From IMG/VR virus record IMGVR_UViG_2541047930_000003: DNA of 51,780 nucleotides. One strand, given 5' to 3'. The DNA comes from a virus (Duplodnaviria > Heunggongvirae > Uroviricota > Caudoviricetes). The translations under genes and the position numbers were made by a program. Positions 1-9,005 of the stretch are shown here, one piece after another. Within the stretch, counting starts at the first letter, position 1. The number at the start of each line of letters is the position of its first letter. Under the pieces are notes generated by a model that worked only from the letters and a program-made list of their open reading frames with translations, did not search any database and had not been told where the DNA came from.

Positions 1-1236
1 CTACGATAACCGCGCATTCAACATAGCTACCTGTTCGTCGTTCATGTCATCAATCCACATACCGTAAATTTCATACACCATCTGCGCAGTTTCATGCCCC
101 ATCTGGCTGGCTATAAATGCCGGGTTCGCTCCTGCCGTCAACAGCCAGCAGGCAAAAGTATGTCGCGTATGGTACGGATTACGGCGGCGAATACCAGCAC
201 GTTTTACTGCTGCATTCCATCTCGCACCCAAACTGCTTACCGAGTAATAAGGTTTCTGTTTTCCGTTACACATCCTGGGCATGAAAACAAAATGCAGTTT
301 TTGCTTTTCGGTTCTGCCGTACTCCCGATGATAAAAAGTGATTTCGCTTTTGCGATGATGCCCGGTCAGTTTGTATTGCTCCTTCAGTGCTTCAAGAGCT
401 GGCTGTAGTAGTGTTACCGTCCGGATCCCCGCATTTGTTTTTGGGGGACCGAACATATCAAGTATCGTCAGGTTTCTTCTGACATTCACAATTCCCTTCT
501 CGAAATCCACATCCTCCCACGCCAGAGCTGCCAGTTCCCCGTGACGAAGCCCGGAGTAAACGGCAAATTTCCACAAGTTTTGGCTCTGTCCTTTTTCACT
601 TTCCATTAATGCATTGAATTCTGTTTTAGATAACGGGTCAGGCTTTATTCTGTTTCGCTGTAATTTTTTTACTCCTTCAAATGGTTTGGTTGATATAAAT
701 CCCGACTGATACGCAAAACGTAACAACGAACAGAGCAGGGCGATATAGTTATCAACTGTGCGCACGGTTCTTCCTTTTTTGTTGGATCTTGGATTATCCA
801 GGTAAAGCGTTTCTCCATGCAGCAGTTCATTCCGGTAGTTTAAGATATCGCTATAACGAATATGCGATATCGGGGTACTCTCACAAATTATTATCCTGAG
901 TGTTTTTAATTGTGATTTCGTTTTCTTCATTGTGTTTGTTGTTAACTCTGTCTCTTTAATTTTTGTCCAGATATCACAAAGCTCCCCGAACGTTTTTATG
1001 ACTCTCGTTGTCACCATTTTTGCCCCAGTGCTGGACTGGGGAAAACGTCTTAAATACTCAAATTCACCGGAACTGATTTCATGAACTATCAACGCTCTTA
1101 AATTCCCGGCCTTTTTAATGTTACTGTTAGTAATCTCCCAGCCTTTCAATGTTTCCCGACATCGTTTGCCTCGAAACATGAACCAGATGCGAATGTATTT
1201 ACCTCGAATCTCGACACCTGTTGGTAATTTAGACAT
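1..1236 (-). CDS. intR: Tyrosine-type phage integrase (Rac IntR-like, 411 aa)
   Basis: ORF track 411 aa starting MSKLPTGVEIRGKYIRIWF; ATG at 1236; ends at window start; adjacent excisionase; length matches Rac IntR. Confidence 0.85.
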   Translation of the reverse strand: MSKLPTGVEIRGKYIRIWFMFRGKRCRETLKGWEITNSNIKKAGNLRALIVHEISSGEFEYLRRFPQSSTGAKMVTTRVIKTFGELCDIWTKIKETELTTNTMKKTKSQLKTLRIIICESTPISHIRYSDILNYRNELLHGETLYLDNPRSNKKGRTVRTVDNYIALLCSLLRFAYQSGFISTKPFEGVKKLQRNRIKPDPLSKTEFNALMESEKGQSQNLWKFAVYSGLRHGELAALAWEDVDFEKGIVNVRRNLTILDMFGPPKTNAGIRTVTLLQPALEALKEQYKLTGHHRKSEITFYHREYGRTEKQKLHFVFMPRMCNGKQKPYYSVSSLGARWNAAVKRAGIRRRNPYHTRHTFACWLLTAGANPAFIASQMGHETAQMVYEIYGMWIDDMNDEQVAMLNARLS

Positions 1237-1237
1237 A

Positions 1238-1453
1238 TCATGAGTCTTTGATAAACTGATTTATCTTCGGATAGTTGTACCAGATAATCCCTCGCTTACT
1301 GTCTGGCTTCCCTAAAGGAGATACTCGTTTGAAGTGGAAGCCTTCCACCCAACAGTTCTGGCGGTATGCTTCAATTTGTCTGGCACCCAGACCAGTGCGA
1401 AGCATCAGGCCGTATTCAACCATCCACTCTTCATTAAAGATTACTTGTGCCAT
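1238..1453 (-). CDS. xisR: Excisionase (71 aa, XisR-like)
   Basis: ORF track 1238..1477 begins with a non-ATG start; the first ATG is codon 9, giving 71 aa [15 protein letters not shown]...; stop 1 nt from the int start. Confidence 0.7.
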   Translation of the reverse strand: MAQVIFNEEWMVEYGLMLRTGLGARQIEAYRQNCWVEGFHFKRVSPLGKPDSKRGIIWYNYPKINQFIKDS

Positions 1454-1552
1454 CGCATCACCTCTGGCAGGCGCCAATGTTAGGCTGAAATTGACGCCCG
1501 ATGTTGATGATTAATAATCAGCTATGAAGTTTTAATTTGAATACAATGCAAT

Positions 1553-1741
1553 TCACGAGGACTGAAGTTTCTCGCAATTAAAATTTATCAGTTTTACTTT
1601 CTGCTCTCTGGAAACGCCCGCTTCTTTTTTACCTGAGAGCATTTTTTCGCATTCTGATTTCGTTAGTTTAGATTTTGAATATCTTGTCCAGTTAGTAGGA
1701 GTGCCACCTTCCTTTTCAATAGTGGCGGTAATTTTATACAT
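1553..1741 (-). CDS. ydaC: Small prophage protein YdaC-like (62 aa)
   Basis: Internal Met25 of ORF 1553..1813; GGAGG RBS 4-5 nt upstream of this ATG on the minus strand; same position as Rac ydaC. Confidence 0.55.
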   Translation of the reverse strand: MYKITATIEKEGGTPTNWTRYSKSKLTKSECEKMLSGKKEAGVSREQKVKLINFNCEKLQSS

Positions 1742-1928
1742 GAACACCTCCATTATTATTTCCAGTGGTTCGTTTATTCCATCTTTCGAGTGCTTCTTTT
1801 TCACTTCCACCATAACCGGTTCGGGATTCGCATCCGTTACACTTCGCTCGGTAATATCCTGAAATGGCTTTCACCGTTACTGATGGACAACCACAAAATG
1901 GACATGGTTTAACATTGTCATATCTCAT
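1734..1928 (-). CDS. ralR: Lar-family restriction alleviation protein (64 aa)
   Basis: MRYDNVKPCPFCGCPSVTVKAISGYYRAKCNGCESRTGYGG... Cys-rich Lar signature; start taken at Met14 of ORF 1734..1967 to give the 64-aa RalR length; upstream ATGs at 1940 and 1967 are possible. Confidence 0.7.
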   Translation of the reverse strand: MRYDNVKPCPFCGCPSVTVKAISGYYRAKCNGCESRTGYGGSEKEALERWNKRTTGNNNGGVHV

Positions 1929-1984
1929 AATTTTTCTCATAAAAAATATTTCAAGTTGGCGGTGCATTACACCGCCAGGCTGAA

Positions 1985-2794
1985 TTATTCCTCTGAATTA
2001 TCGATTACACTGTATTCCCCGGTTAATACAGAGGAATCTGCAGGATCGATTGTCAGTGGTTCCTTTTCATCCATTGATACTGCACGCTGGATCTCAATTG
2101 ATACGGGCAGATATTTGAACAGGCGACGAATAGCCGTTTTCTTTGCCATTTCTTCCCAGTGAGTTACCCACGGCCCGTTATTACCAGCTTTACTCAGGCT
2201 GCGCACCAGCTCAATCTGTTTGCGCGTCATAACTTCAAACTGAGTACCTCCGTCTTTCAGTCTTGCGACAGCATAGACGTGGGTAACCGGGGCATCTTCG
2301 TTTTCTCCCGGGCGGTGTATTAACTTTTCATCAAGGCCAAATTCGAAGCTAAACTCGTCACCTTCACGGACAACACGGGCTGACAGGCTGGCGATTTGAC
2401 CAGAACGGCGAGCCAGATCAATCATGCCGCGATAGCCAATGATTAGCTGAACGTTCTTTTTACCGCTCTTTTCGTTTTTATTACCAAAAGGCAGTAAATA
2501 TGCATGACCGAGGGCGCTACCTGGCTCAAGTCCGAGCTGTGAACACTGTACGATCGCACTGACAAAACTCATAGTGTCACAGTTTCCTAACGCCGGAACT
2601 TTACGAATTTCTGTGGTGGCGATACGGATCATACGTTCAGCCGTCATATGGCGTGGAAGAGCTGCTGCCAGTTGCTCTTTCATTGATGGCTGGTTAATAA
2701 AACTAATCACGTCGCTATTTTTAACTGCTGCTGGTGCACGGTTTCCCTGAGTTTTTTGCAGATCGGCTTTTGCGATTGGTGGTTGCTTAGTCAT
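1985..2794 (-). CDS. recT: RecT single-strand annealing recombinase (269 aa)
   Basis: [57 protein letters not shown]... recognised as E. coli RecT; start at Met20 of ORF 1985..2851. Confidence 0.92.
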   Translation of the reverse strand: MTKQPPIAKADLQKTQGNRAPAAVKNSDVISFINQPSMKEQLAAALPRHMTAERMIRIATTEIRKVPALGNCDTMSFVSAIVQCSQLGLEPGSALGHAYLLPFGNKNEKSGKKNVQLIIGYRGMIDLARRSGQIASLSARVVREGDEFSFEFGLDEKLIHRPGENEDAPVTHVYAVARLKDGGTQFEVMTRKQIELVRSLSKAGNNGPWVTHWEEMAKKTAIRRLFKYLPVSIEIQRAVSMDEKEPLTIDPADSSVLTGEYSVIDNSEE

Positions 2795-5387
2795 TTGCAT
2801 ATTCCTTAGCCCAGCGGGGCAGTGATAATGTCTTAATAGCTGGCCATTCATCGGTATTCAGGCAGTCAGACAGGGTTCGCAGATTGCGGTGATATTCCTG
2901 TTGACCTGCCAGTTTTGCTTCTTCGCCCATCATGAAAATTTCAACCGGATAACGTCCGCATTCAATAGTTGTGCTGGCAACCAGAAAAACGAAAGTTGGC
3001 TGCACTCCAAACTGTGCTTCATAACCGTCACTGTAGAATGCATCCTGAACGTGATAGCGGTAGTCGTAATAAGCGGTTTTGAATCGTTGAATATCCGCCG
3101 TAGTTTTCACGTCCATGATCCAGTGAAATTCAGGGATAATTTTGTCCGGACGGCACCGACACAAAATTCCTGTTTCAGGATCTTCCCAGTAAATTGATGA
3201 TTCAGCGTGTCCGGCGCTTTCAACAAGCCATTGCCCCAGCGGCAAAGCCATAACGCTTTGATACATGAGTTCAATTTTCCGGCCTTCTTCCGCAGTGATA
3301 ACCGTTTTTCCTGTGCTTGCGCATTCCATCAGAAACGCTTTCTCTTCTTCTTTTCCGGCGTTTGTACGGCGGTTAAATTCAGGTGCTACGATAAAGCGGT
3401 TACTGAATTCTTCCGGTTCAAGTACCCGGCAGTGGAAAGCGGCTCCTAAATCGAGCGTTTTTGTCTTTGTGGTGTCCACGGGGGCATTTTTACGCCACAA
3501 ATATAGTGCCGGAGTATCAGCAATGTCATCGAGCTGAGACTTACTGACACCGGGACCCGCGTGGTAATTCTCATTCGAAATTCCGTAATAAATACCTGGC
3601 TCTATGTCTTCTACGATTACGGGATCTGCGACTTCGCCAGTTTCATCACTGCAATCGCGATGCGGATCGCTGCCAGCATTCTCATTGTGCGGATGTTCAG
3701 CGCCTTCCATTTCCTCCGGATCATTTTCCTTAGCTTCAACCTGACTCTCTTCATCGAATGTTTCCTGGTATGTTGCGTCGCCCATCACCGCACCACAGTC
3801 AGGGCAGTTATCCCCGCCAGTCTGGCCGCAGGCATTGCAGGCTATTTCCGGTTCCTGTTGCACTACTGGCTCAGGTTGATTCATATCCGGGCTGGTTTTT
3901 TCCGTTTCTGGCTGGTTCTGGTACACACAATCGCGAGTCTGGATCCCCTTTACCCATTTCGGATCGTTCGGGTCGCTAATTCCGTCAACAAATTCACCAC
4001 GTGATGCAGCAAGCAATTTATCGGCATCGACAGGATTTTTTGATGGAATGTTTTTCCGGGCTTCATGGAGTTCTGCCCGCAGTTCCTGATATTTCGCATC
4101 AACAGAATTTACCTGTGACTGAGCATCCAGCGGCTGCGTGTCCTGATGATGTTCAGTTGCGTCCGGTTCCATTGTTTCAGCCTCTCCCTGTTCAACTGCC
4201 GTTGTTCCAGATGGTTGCGGTTTTTCTTCATCATCCTGTTTTCCTTCTTCTGTTACTCGCTGCGGCATCGGGGCAGAGGAGCGACCGCAGGCAATATCCA
4301 CGATTTCCGGATCAGGGTTGGCATGATCGGTTTCAGTCAGTACTTTGTTCAGATATTCAGTGACGTGCGCGGGGATGACCTCGATCCCAATTGGTGCTTC
4401 TTTTACGGACGCAACCACGATGGCGCGGGAATAATCCAGCCCGCCAGGCATGGTGATGAATTTGTCGCGGAAAACAGAAAAGGGCGGTTTATTTTCAGCG
4501 ATAATTTCCTCAATGCGTTTAGCGTGTGCCGGATGAAGGTTATAGATGTCCAGATCCATTGAACGGGCCAGTACGCCAGTGGCTACGTCGCGCGCCAGTG
4601 ACGTCAGATCGTGTACGAAACCTTCGCCGCGATCGGTGAGGTTTCCGCCGCCAGCATTAGCACCGGAAGCCGTGCGAGTGATGTGTGAAACACGATTACC
4701 CTTCATCCACTCTTTTGTCAGCAGTCCTCGATCGGTGTAGTCAGCGTTCAGGTATGCTTCGAAAAAAGCAGTTATCAGTCCCAGGTTTGAATTACCAGGA
4801 TTAGGGAAAACTTTGTCAGTGTCACGAACCAGTTTGTGGAGTTCGCGAATTTCCAGCGGGTCGAGCAGGCTGGTTTTGTGGGAAACAGCCAGGGCAGTAA
4901 CAGCCGGTAGTTCTTCAGCCCGAGCAATGTGTAATGCCTGGAGTCTGTCGCGTGAAACGTGCGTTACCGGTTTTTCGCTGCCGTGTTGAGCAAGCCAACG
5001 AATGGGCAGTTCTTGGCCAGAAATTGGGAGTAGCATATTCTCCTCAATCTCAGTCATGTCTTCGCCGTTGACGTTGGTATTGCCTTGATAGTGAGCGTTG
5101 TCTGGTGCTGCTCCCGGTTTTAGTTCCCATGTCATGGAGTCTTTGCTGAGTTGATAGCGTTCACTCCAGGTAAAATCGATCTCACCTTCAGCGGGCAGGT
5201 CATTAACGACAGGAAAATTCGTGGCAACAGCTTTAAAATAGCTGCTCAGTTTTTTACCTGACTTAACGATCAGGTAGTCCAGAGTGGCACAGGTCGATTC
5301 AAAATCGTTGCTTGCCCACAGGACGACGTCAGGTTCACCGGATGATTTTTTCGCTTTCCGTAACAGGAAGAGTGGTTTTGTGCTCAT
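2787..5387 (-). CDS. recE: RecE exonuclease VIII (866 aa, full length)
   Basis: 866-aa ORF starting [52 protein letters not shown]; length and sequence match RecE; overlaps recT start by 8 bp. Confidence 0.93.
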   Translation of the reverse strand: MSTKPLFLLRKAKKSSGEPDVVLWASNDFESTCATLDYLIVKSGKKLSSYFKAVATNFPVVNDLPAEGEIDFTWSERYQLSKDSMTWELKPGAAPDNAHYQGNTNVNGEDMTEIEENMLLPISGQELPIRWLAQHGSEKPVTHVSRDRLQALHIARAEELPAVTALAVSHKTSLLDPLEIRELHKLVRDTDKVFPNPGNSNLGLITAFFEAYLNADYTDRGLLTKEWMKGNRVSHITRTASGANAGGGNLTDRGEGFVHDLTSLARDVATGVLARSMDLDIYNLHPAHAKRIEEIIAENKPPFSVFRDKFITMPGGLDYSRAIVVASVKEAPIGIEVIPAHVTEYLNKVLTETDHANPDPEIVDIACGRSSAPMPQRVTEEGKQDDEEKPQPSGTTAVEQGEAETMEPDATEHHQDTQPLDAQSQVNSVDAKYQELRAELHEARKNIPSKNPVDADKLLAASRGEFVDGISDPNDPKWVKGIQTRDCVYQNQPETEKTSPDMNQPEPVVQQEPEIACNACGQTGGDNCPDCGAVMGDATYQETFDEESQVEAKENDPEEMEGAEHPHNENAGSDPHRDCSDETGEVADPVIVEDIEPGIYYGISNENYHAGPGVSKSQLDDIADTPALYLWRKNAPVDTTKTKTLDLGAAFHCRVLEPEEFSNRFIVAPEFNRRTNAGKEEEKAFLMECASTGKTVITAEEGRKIELMYQSVMALPLGQWLVESAGHAESSIYWEDPETGILCRCRPDKIIPEFHWIMDVKTTADIQRFKTAYYDYRYHVQDAFYSDGYEAQFGVQPTFVFLVASTTIECGRYPVEIFMMGEEAKLAGQQEYHRNLRTLSDCLNTDEWPAIKTLSLPRWAKEYAND

Positions 5388-5488
5388 TGTTTTTTAACCT
5401 CAACTCAGATTAAAATTCGTTTTGTTCAGTGAATGATCTTGCCGGATACACACTGTTCATAGCCTGCGCCATACGCAGGCTATTTCTT

Positions 5489-5764
5489 TCAGATTTCACC
5501 TTTTAATTTCATTGCAATCAGAGTTGCCAGAAATCCGGCTTTTTTTTCTGCGGGCAGATTCTTTCCGATATGCACCAGGCTCATTTTTTTGACACCTTCG
5601 TGAAGTGTTTTAACGTTGCCTGATGGACCGTCGATATCAACTACAGTGAATGGGGTTTCTTTATTTTCTGTTTTAATCACGTAGCCAATACGCTTTCCTT
5701 CCAGATTAACCTCGTGAACAATGTCATCAGTAGTTACAATAGTGGTTTCATAATTAGTAATCAT
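5489..5764 (-). CDS. racC: RacC protein (91 aa)
   Basis: MITNYETTIVTTDDIVHEVNLEGKRIGYVIKTENKETPF...; start at Met17 of ORF 5489..5812, with an AAGGAG RBS read on the minus strand. Confidence 0.8.
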   Translation of the reverse strand: MITNYETTIVTTDDIVHEVNLEGKRIGYVIKTENKETPFTVVDIDGPSGNVKTLHEGVKKMSLVHIGKNLPAEKKAGFLATLIAMKLKGEI

Positions 5765-5838
5765 GTTTTTCTCCTTAATTAAGGTTGAGCGAATCCCTGC
5801 CATTGCTGGCATGAATTCAGTTTCGCATAGTCAGTTAA

Positions 5839-6009
5839 TTAAAGTTCGTGTGCCATCTGGTCTTTTTCGGCACAGATTTCACTACAATATTTTTTCATTT
5901 CCGTCGTTGGTATAACTCCACGCATGAAATGAAGTGGTCTTTTAATGCTTTTGCTTTCTTCAACTCCTTTATTGCAAAGGTGGTAAGCACATTTTATTTT
6001 CTCAGTCAT
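5839..6009 (-). CDS. ydaE: YdaE-like small Cys-rich protein (56 aa), below ORF-track size cutoff
   Basis: Hand translation of minus strand: [56 protein letters not shown]; its ATG overlaps the kilR stop (ATGA). Confidence 0.6.
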   Translation of the reverse strand: MTEKIKCAYHLCNKGVEESKSIKRPLHFMRGVIPTTEMKKYCSEICAEKDQMAHEL

Positions 6010-6230
6010 CACCATGATTCCGCCTTTACAGGTAAGCCATCACGACCGAGGAAAACTTTAATCATGCAGTCAGTAATGCATGTTTTTGTGGTCAGGTTAC
6101 GAATATAAAGTTTTCGCTTTTTAATATTGTTTGCCGAGGCAATATATGTCCGGCCGTTATGAAGAACATAATCACCAGGAGTCACACACTGACGTGGTAT
6201 TTCATCAGTTCCGAAGTGATGAGCAATCAT
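6009..6230 (-). CDS. kilR: KilR cell-division inhibitor (73 aa)
   Basis: [54 protein letters not shown]...; Met7 of ORF 6009..6248; GGAG RBS 7 nt upstream. Confidence 0.88.
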   Translation of the reverse strand: MIAHHFGTDEIPRQCVTPGDYVLHNGRTYIASANNIKKRKLYIRNLTTKTCITDCMIKVFLGRDGLPVKAESW

Positions 6231-6660
6231 AATTATCTCCATTTTCACAAATGAACTTTGTTGATGCGGTGCCTGGTGCCTCCAGGTGACGTTAACCAGT
6301 TAACAATTAACGCCGGATAATCCACCCATAACTCTGATGCTTTTAACTGTTCCGCGTGCGCTTAGCCGCATTCACCGCATCACAAAATTCACTTTAAAAA
6401 GGGCGGACATCAGCCGAACTTCAAGAAAAAACTGATGCCGCCAAGGCTACACACAGCAATGTCGTTATTTACAACCGGAGGCGCACTCCCACCATTTAAA
6501 TTTAACAGACAAGACCGACTCTTTATGGATACCGGAAATGCGCCTTCGTGTTGTGCCCGGTTTTATTTCACCACCTCCGGGCTTCGGTGGTCTCGGCTAT
6601 ACCCCTACAGCGAGAGCTTGTGTTAACATTTCAATACCCTTACAGTTGAGAGTTATTGAT

Positions 6661-7149
6661 ATGTTGGATGTATTTACTCCATTGTTGAAACTTTTTGCTA
6701 ACGAGCCACTCGAAAGACTTATGTATACGATTATCATTTTTGGTCTCACTCTCTGGCTGATACCGAAAGAGTTTACTGTCGCATTCAATGCTTATACTGA
6801 AATACCTTGGCTCTTTCAGATTATCGTTTTTGCCTTTTCTTTCGTGGTCGCCATTTCCTTCTCAAGATTGCGAGCACATATTCAAAAGCATTATTCATTA
6901 CTACCAGAGCAACGTGTATTGCTTCGTTTATCTGAGAAAGAAATCGCTGTATTTAAAGATTTCCTTAAAACAGGAAATCTTATTATCACTTCTCCTTGCC
7001 GTAACCCGGTTATGAAAAAATTAGAACGGAAGGGCATCATTCAACATCAGAGTGATAGCGCAAACTGTTCTTATTATCTCGTCACCGAAAAATACTCCCA
7101 TTTTATGAAGTTATTCTGGAACAGCAGGAGTAGACGTTTTAATCGTTAG
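6661..7149 (+). CDS. sieB: Superinfection exclusion protein B (162 aa)
   Basis: MLDVFTPLLKLFANEPLERLMYTIIIFGLTLWLIPKEF... hydrophobic N-terminus; Met42 of ORF 6538..7149; recognised as Rac SieB. Confidence 0.85.
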   Translation: MLDVFTPLLKLFANEPLERLMYTIIIFGLTLWLIPKEFTVAFNAYTEIPWLFQIIVFAFSFVVAISFSRLRAHIQKHYSLLPEQRVLLRLSEKEIAVFKDFLKTGNLIITSPCRNPVMKKLERKGIIQHQSDSANCSYYLVTEKYSHFMKLFWNSRSRRFNR

Positions 7150-7312
7150 CTTACTGTGTGCTTCTCCAACCATCGGCGCGCACCAGTTTCGGTTTTAAAT
7201 GTTTTGCTTTTTGTATACGTCATCGCGGTGAACGTACCGTCCTGGTTGGGTAACACGCCGCACACCAGGGATTAGTTGTTGCCGAGGTCGATTTTTTGCA
7301 TTTTGGGAACTC

Positions 7313-7447
7313 TCACATCTTGTTGTTGCGGATAGAGGCTTCTGCTTGCCAGAGATCCCAGTCGTTGCTGCGTAAAGCCTGCACAGCCTGGTTGTAAGTG
7401 ATACCGCAACAATCCATCAAATACTGAATTACTTCGTAATGCACCAT
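7313..7447 (-). CDS. ydaF: YdaF-like small protein (44 aa)
   Basis: MVHYEVIQYLMDCCGITYNQAVQALRSNDWDLWQAEASIRNNKM; Met20 of ORF 7313..7504; AAGGGGA RBS upstream on minus strand. Confidence 0.5.
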   Translation of the reverse strand: MVHYEVIQYLMDCCGITYNQAVQALRSNDWDLWQAEASIRNNKM

Positions 7448-7555
7448 CTTTTTTCCCCTTAACGCCGGGGGGCGGAACGTTTTATCTACTGCGCTTTGTA
7501 TCAATCAACAACTGCCGTCATGTTCGTATGCCTCAGGCTGGCTACTTAGCCCTGT

Positions 7556-7681
7556 TCAGTGGCTGGATAACTCGAGGTATTGTCCTGCCGTTCTCCGGTG
7601 GGGCGTTGTTTGGATATGCTTATTAAACACAATTGGTTTTTGTGTGTCAACACAAAGTGTGTTTTTATAGTGGCGTGTCAT
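7556..7681 (-). CDS. Possible YdaG-like micro-ORF (41 aa); doubtful because it overlaps the operator/promoter palindromes
   Basis: Hand translation MTRHYKNTLCVDTQKPIVFNKHIQTTPHRRTAGQYLELSSH; no clear RBS; sits where Rac ydaG lies. Confidence 0.2.
   Translation of the reverse strand: MTRHYKNTLCVDTQKPIVFNKHIQTTPHRRTAGQYLELSSH
7620..7665 (-). promoter_or_regulatory. Candidate left operator/promoter (OL/PL): palindromes AACACA-AAG-TGTGTT (~7649-7663) and AACACAA-N7-TTGTGTG (~7626-7646) with leftward -35 TTGACA and -10 TTTAAT
   Basis: Same AACACA..TGTGTT palindrome recurs between the repressor and cro genes; promoter hexamers read on minus strand with 17-bp spacer. Confidence 0.5.
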
Positions 7682-7694
7682 ATGATGATGGTAC

Positions 7695-7725
7695 AAAAAA
7701 AGCCCGCCGATAGCGGGCTGATTGG
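7695..7725 (-). terminator. Rho-independent terminator downstream of the repressor gene
   Basis: Minus-strand hairpin AGCCCGCTATCGGCGGGCT followed by TTTTTTT. Confidence 0.6.
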
Positions 7726-7749
7726 CATATTACTGTGATAGCAAGATCA

Positions 7750-8169
7750 TTACTCCGGTGGGGGGGTATCTTTAAGCCTGCCCCTCAAATATTTTTCTAC
7801 ATACTCGTCGATTTCTTTTAGCCGGACTTCAAATAGCTCAATCATTCGTTGTTGTTCTGAGCCCGGTAGCTGGTTAAACAACTCAAGAAGTTTTCGTTGG
7901 GATTCATTTAACCACAATTCAGAAGAGTCTTTTTCCCCAAAGAGGAGCTCAGGAGGAGATATGCCCAGTGCCTTTCCCAGGACGACAGCATCATGCACTC
8001 CAACATTTCTGCTGCCCGCCTCATAGTTACCTATACGCGATTGCGTCCATCCGCAGATTTCAGCAAGTTTTCCTTGAGATAAACCAAGCTTCTGCCTGCG
8101 CTCTTTAAGACGCATTGCAATTTTGTCATTGAGCCTACTAGCGGCAATTTTTTCGTTTTCTTTTTCCAT
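7750..8169 (-). CDS. cI-like prophage repressor (139 aa, XRE-type HTH), RacR position
   Basis: LKERRQKLGLSQGKLAEICGWTQSRIGNYEAG HTH motif; divergent from cro-like gene; ATG at 8169. Confidence 0.8.
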   Translation of the reverse strand: MEKENEKIAASRLNDKIAMRLKERRQKLGLSQGKLAEICGWTQSRIGNYEAGSRNVGVHDAVVLGKALGISPPELLFGEKDSSELWLNESQRKLLELFNQLPGSEQQRMIELFEVRLKEIDEYVEKYLRGRLKDTPPPE

Positions 8170-8180
8170 TTCGTCCTTGT

Positions 8181-8245
8181 ATCACGAATCGTGATTTATA
8201 TAAAACACAAAATAGCTTGACCGTAAAACACAAGATGTGTTTAAA
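8181..8245. promoter_or_regulatory. Right operator region (OR) with divergent promoters: palindromes ATCACGAATCGTGAT (~8181-8195) and AACACA-AGA-TGTGTT (~8227-8241); candidate PR -35 TTGACC / -10 TTTAAA
   Basis: Perfect inverted repeats in the 96-bp gap between divergent repressor and cro-like genes; GGAGG RBS precedes the cro ATG. Confidence 0.55.
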
Positions 8246-8265
8246 ATTGTCGTCGGAGGTTTTTA

Positions 8266-8508
8266 ATGAACAAAATTTCAACATATCGAAAACAACTTGG
8301 TCTGTCTCAAAGACAACTCGCTGTTCAGCTAGGGTGGATACAAAGCCGACTAGCAAATTACGAAGCAAACTTTCGTACCCCTGGGCTAGAGGAGTGCAGA
8401 AAAATTGTTTCCACCCTTAATCGGCTTGGTGCTCATTGTGGACTTGACGATGTATTCCCCCCAGACGGTAAGCATAGCGAAAACAGCATAGGAGCGGTTG
8501 ATTCATGA
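8266..8508 (+). CDS. Cro-like HTH regulator (80 aa)
   Basis: MNKISTYRKQLGLSQRQLAVQLGWIQSRLANYEAN HTH; divergent from repressor; differs from my recollection of K-12 YdaS, suggesting a different immunity type. Confidence 0.7.
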   Translation: MNKISTYRKQLGLSQRQLAVQLGWIQSRLANYEANFRTPGLEECRKIVSTLNRLGAHCGLDDVFPPDGKHSENSIGAVDS

Positions 8509-8927
8509 AAATCAGGCATGAGCACATCGAATCAGTGTTGTTAGCCCTGGCAGCCGAAAAAGGGCAGGCGTGGGTTGCTAACGCAATTACTGAAGAATAT
8601 CTGCGCCAGGGGGGCGGCGAATTGCCCCTGGTACCAGGCAAGGACTGGAACAATCAGCAGAATATCTATCACCGTTGGTTGAAAGGTGAAACGAAAGCGC
8701 AAAGGGAAAAAATTCAGAAACTGATCCCTGCGGTTCTGGCAATTCTTCCGCGCGAGCTGCGTCACCGACTCTGCATCTTCGATACCCTGGAACGCCGTGC
8801 ATTACTGGCGGCGCAGGAAGCGTTGAGTACGGCAATTGATGCGCATGATGATGCAGTCCAGGCCGTTTACCGTAAAGCATATTTCAGCGGCGGTGGGTCG
8901 CCCGGCGATTCTGTCGTAGTGCATTGA
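8505..8927 (+). CDS. ydaT: YdaT (140 aa; reported CII-like regulator, historically called a toxin)
   Basis: MKIRHEHIESVLLALAAEKGQAWVANAITEEYLRQGGGELPLVPGKDWNNQQNIYHRWLKGETKAQREKIQKLIP... recognised as Rac YdaT; overlaps cro-like stop. Confidence 0.85.
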   Translation: MKIRHEHIESVLLALAAEKGQAWVANAITEEYLRQGGGELPLVPGKDWNNQQNIYHRWLKGETKAQREKIQKLIPAVLAILPRELRHRLCIFDTLERRALLAAQEALSTAIDAHDDAVQAVYRKAYFSGGGSPGDSVVVH

Positions 8928-9005
8928 TTGAAATTAATCGTGCCGGACTGTTTTGTTCGGTATCAGTTAAATGTAACGCTTACAGCGTTACAAGGTGAAA
9001 ACAAT

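Noticed and set aside
94-408. 104-aa plus-strand ORF
   Set aside because: Embedded antisense within the integrase gene.
2889-4740. Series of plus-strand ORFs (102-147 aa)
   Set aside because: All are antisense to the RecE coding sequence with no RBS or recognisable product.
5848-6108. 86-aa plus-strand ORF
   Set aside because: Antisense to the ydaE and kilR genes, which have recognisable products on the minus strand.
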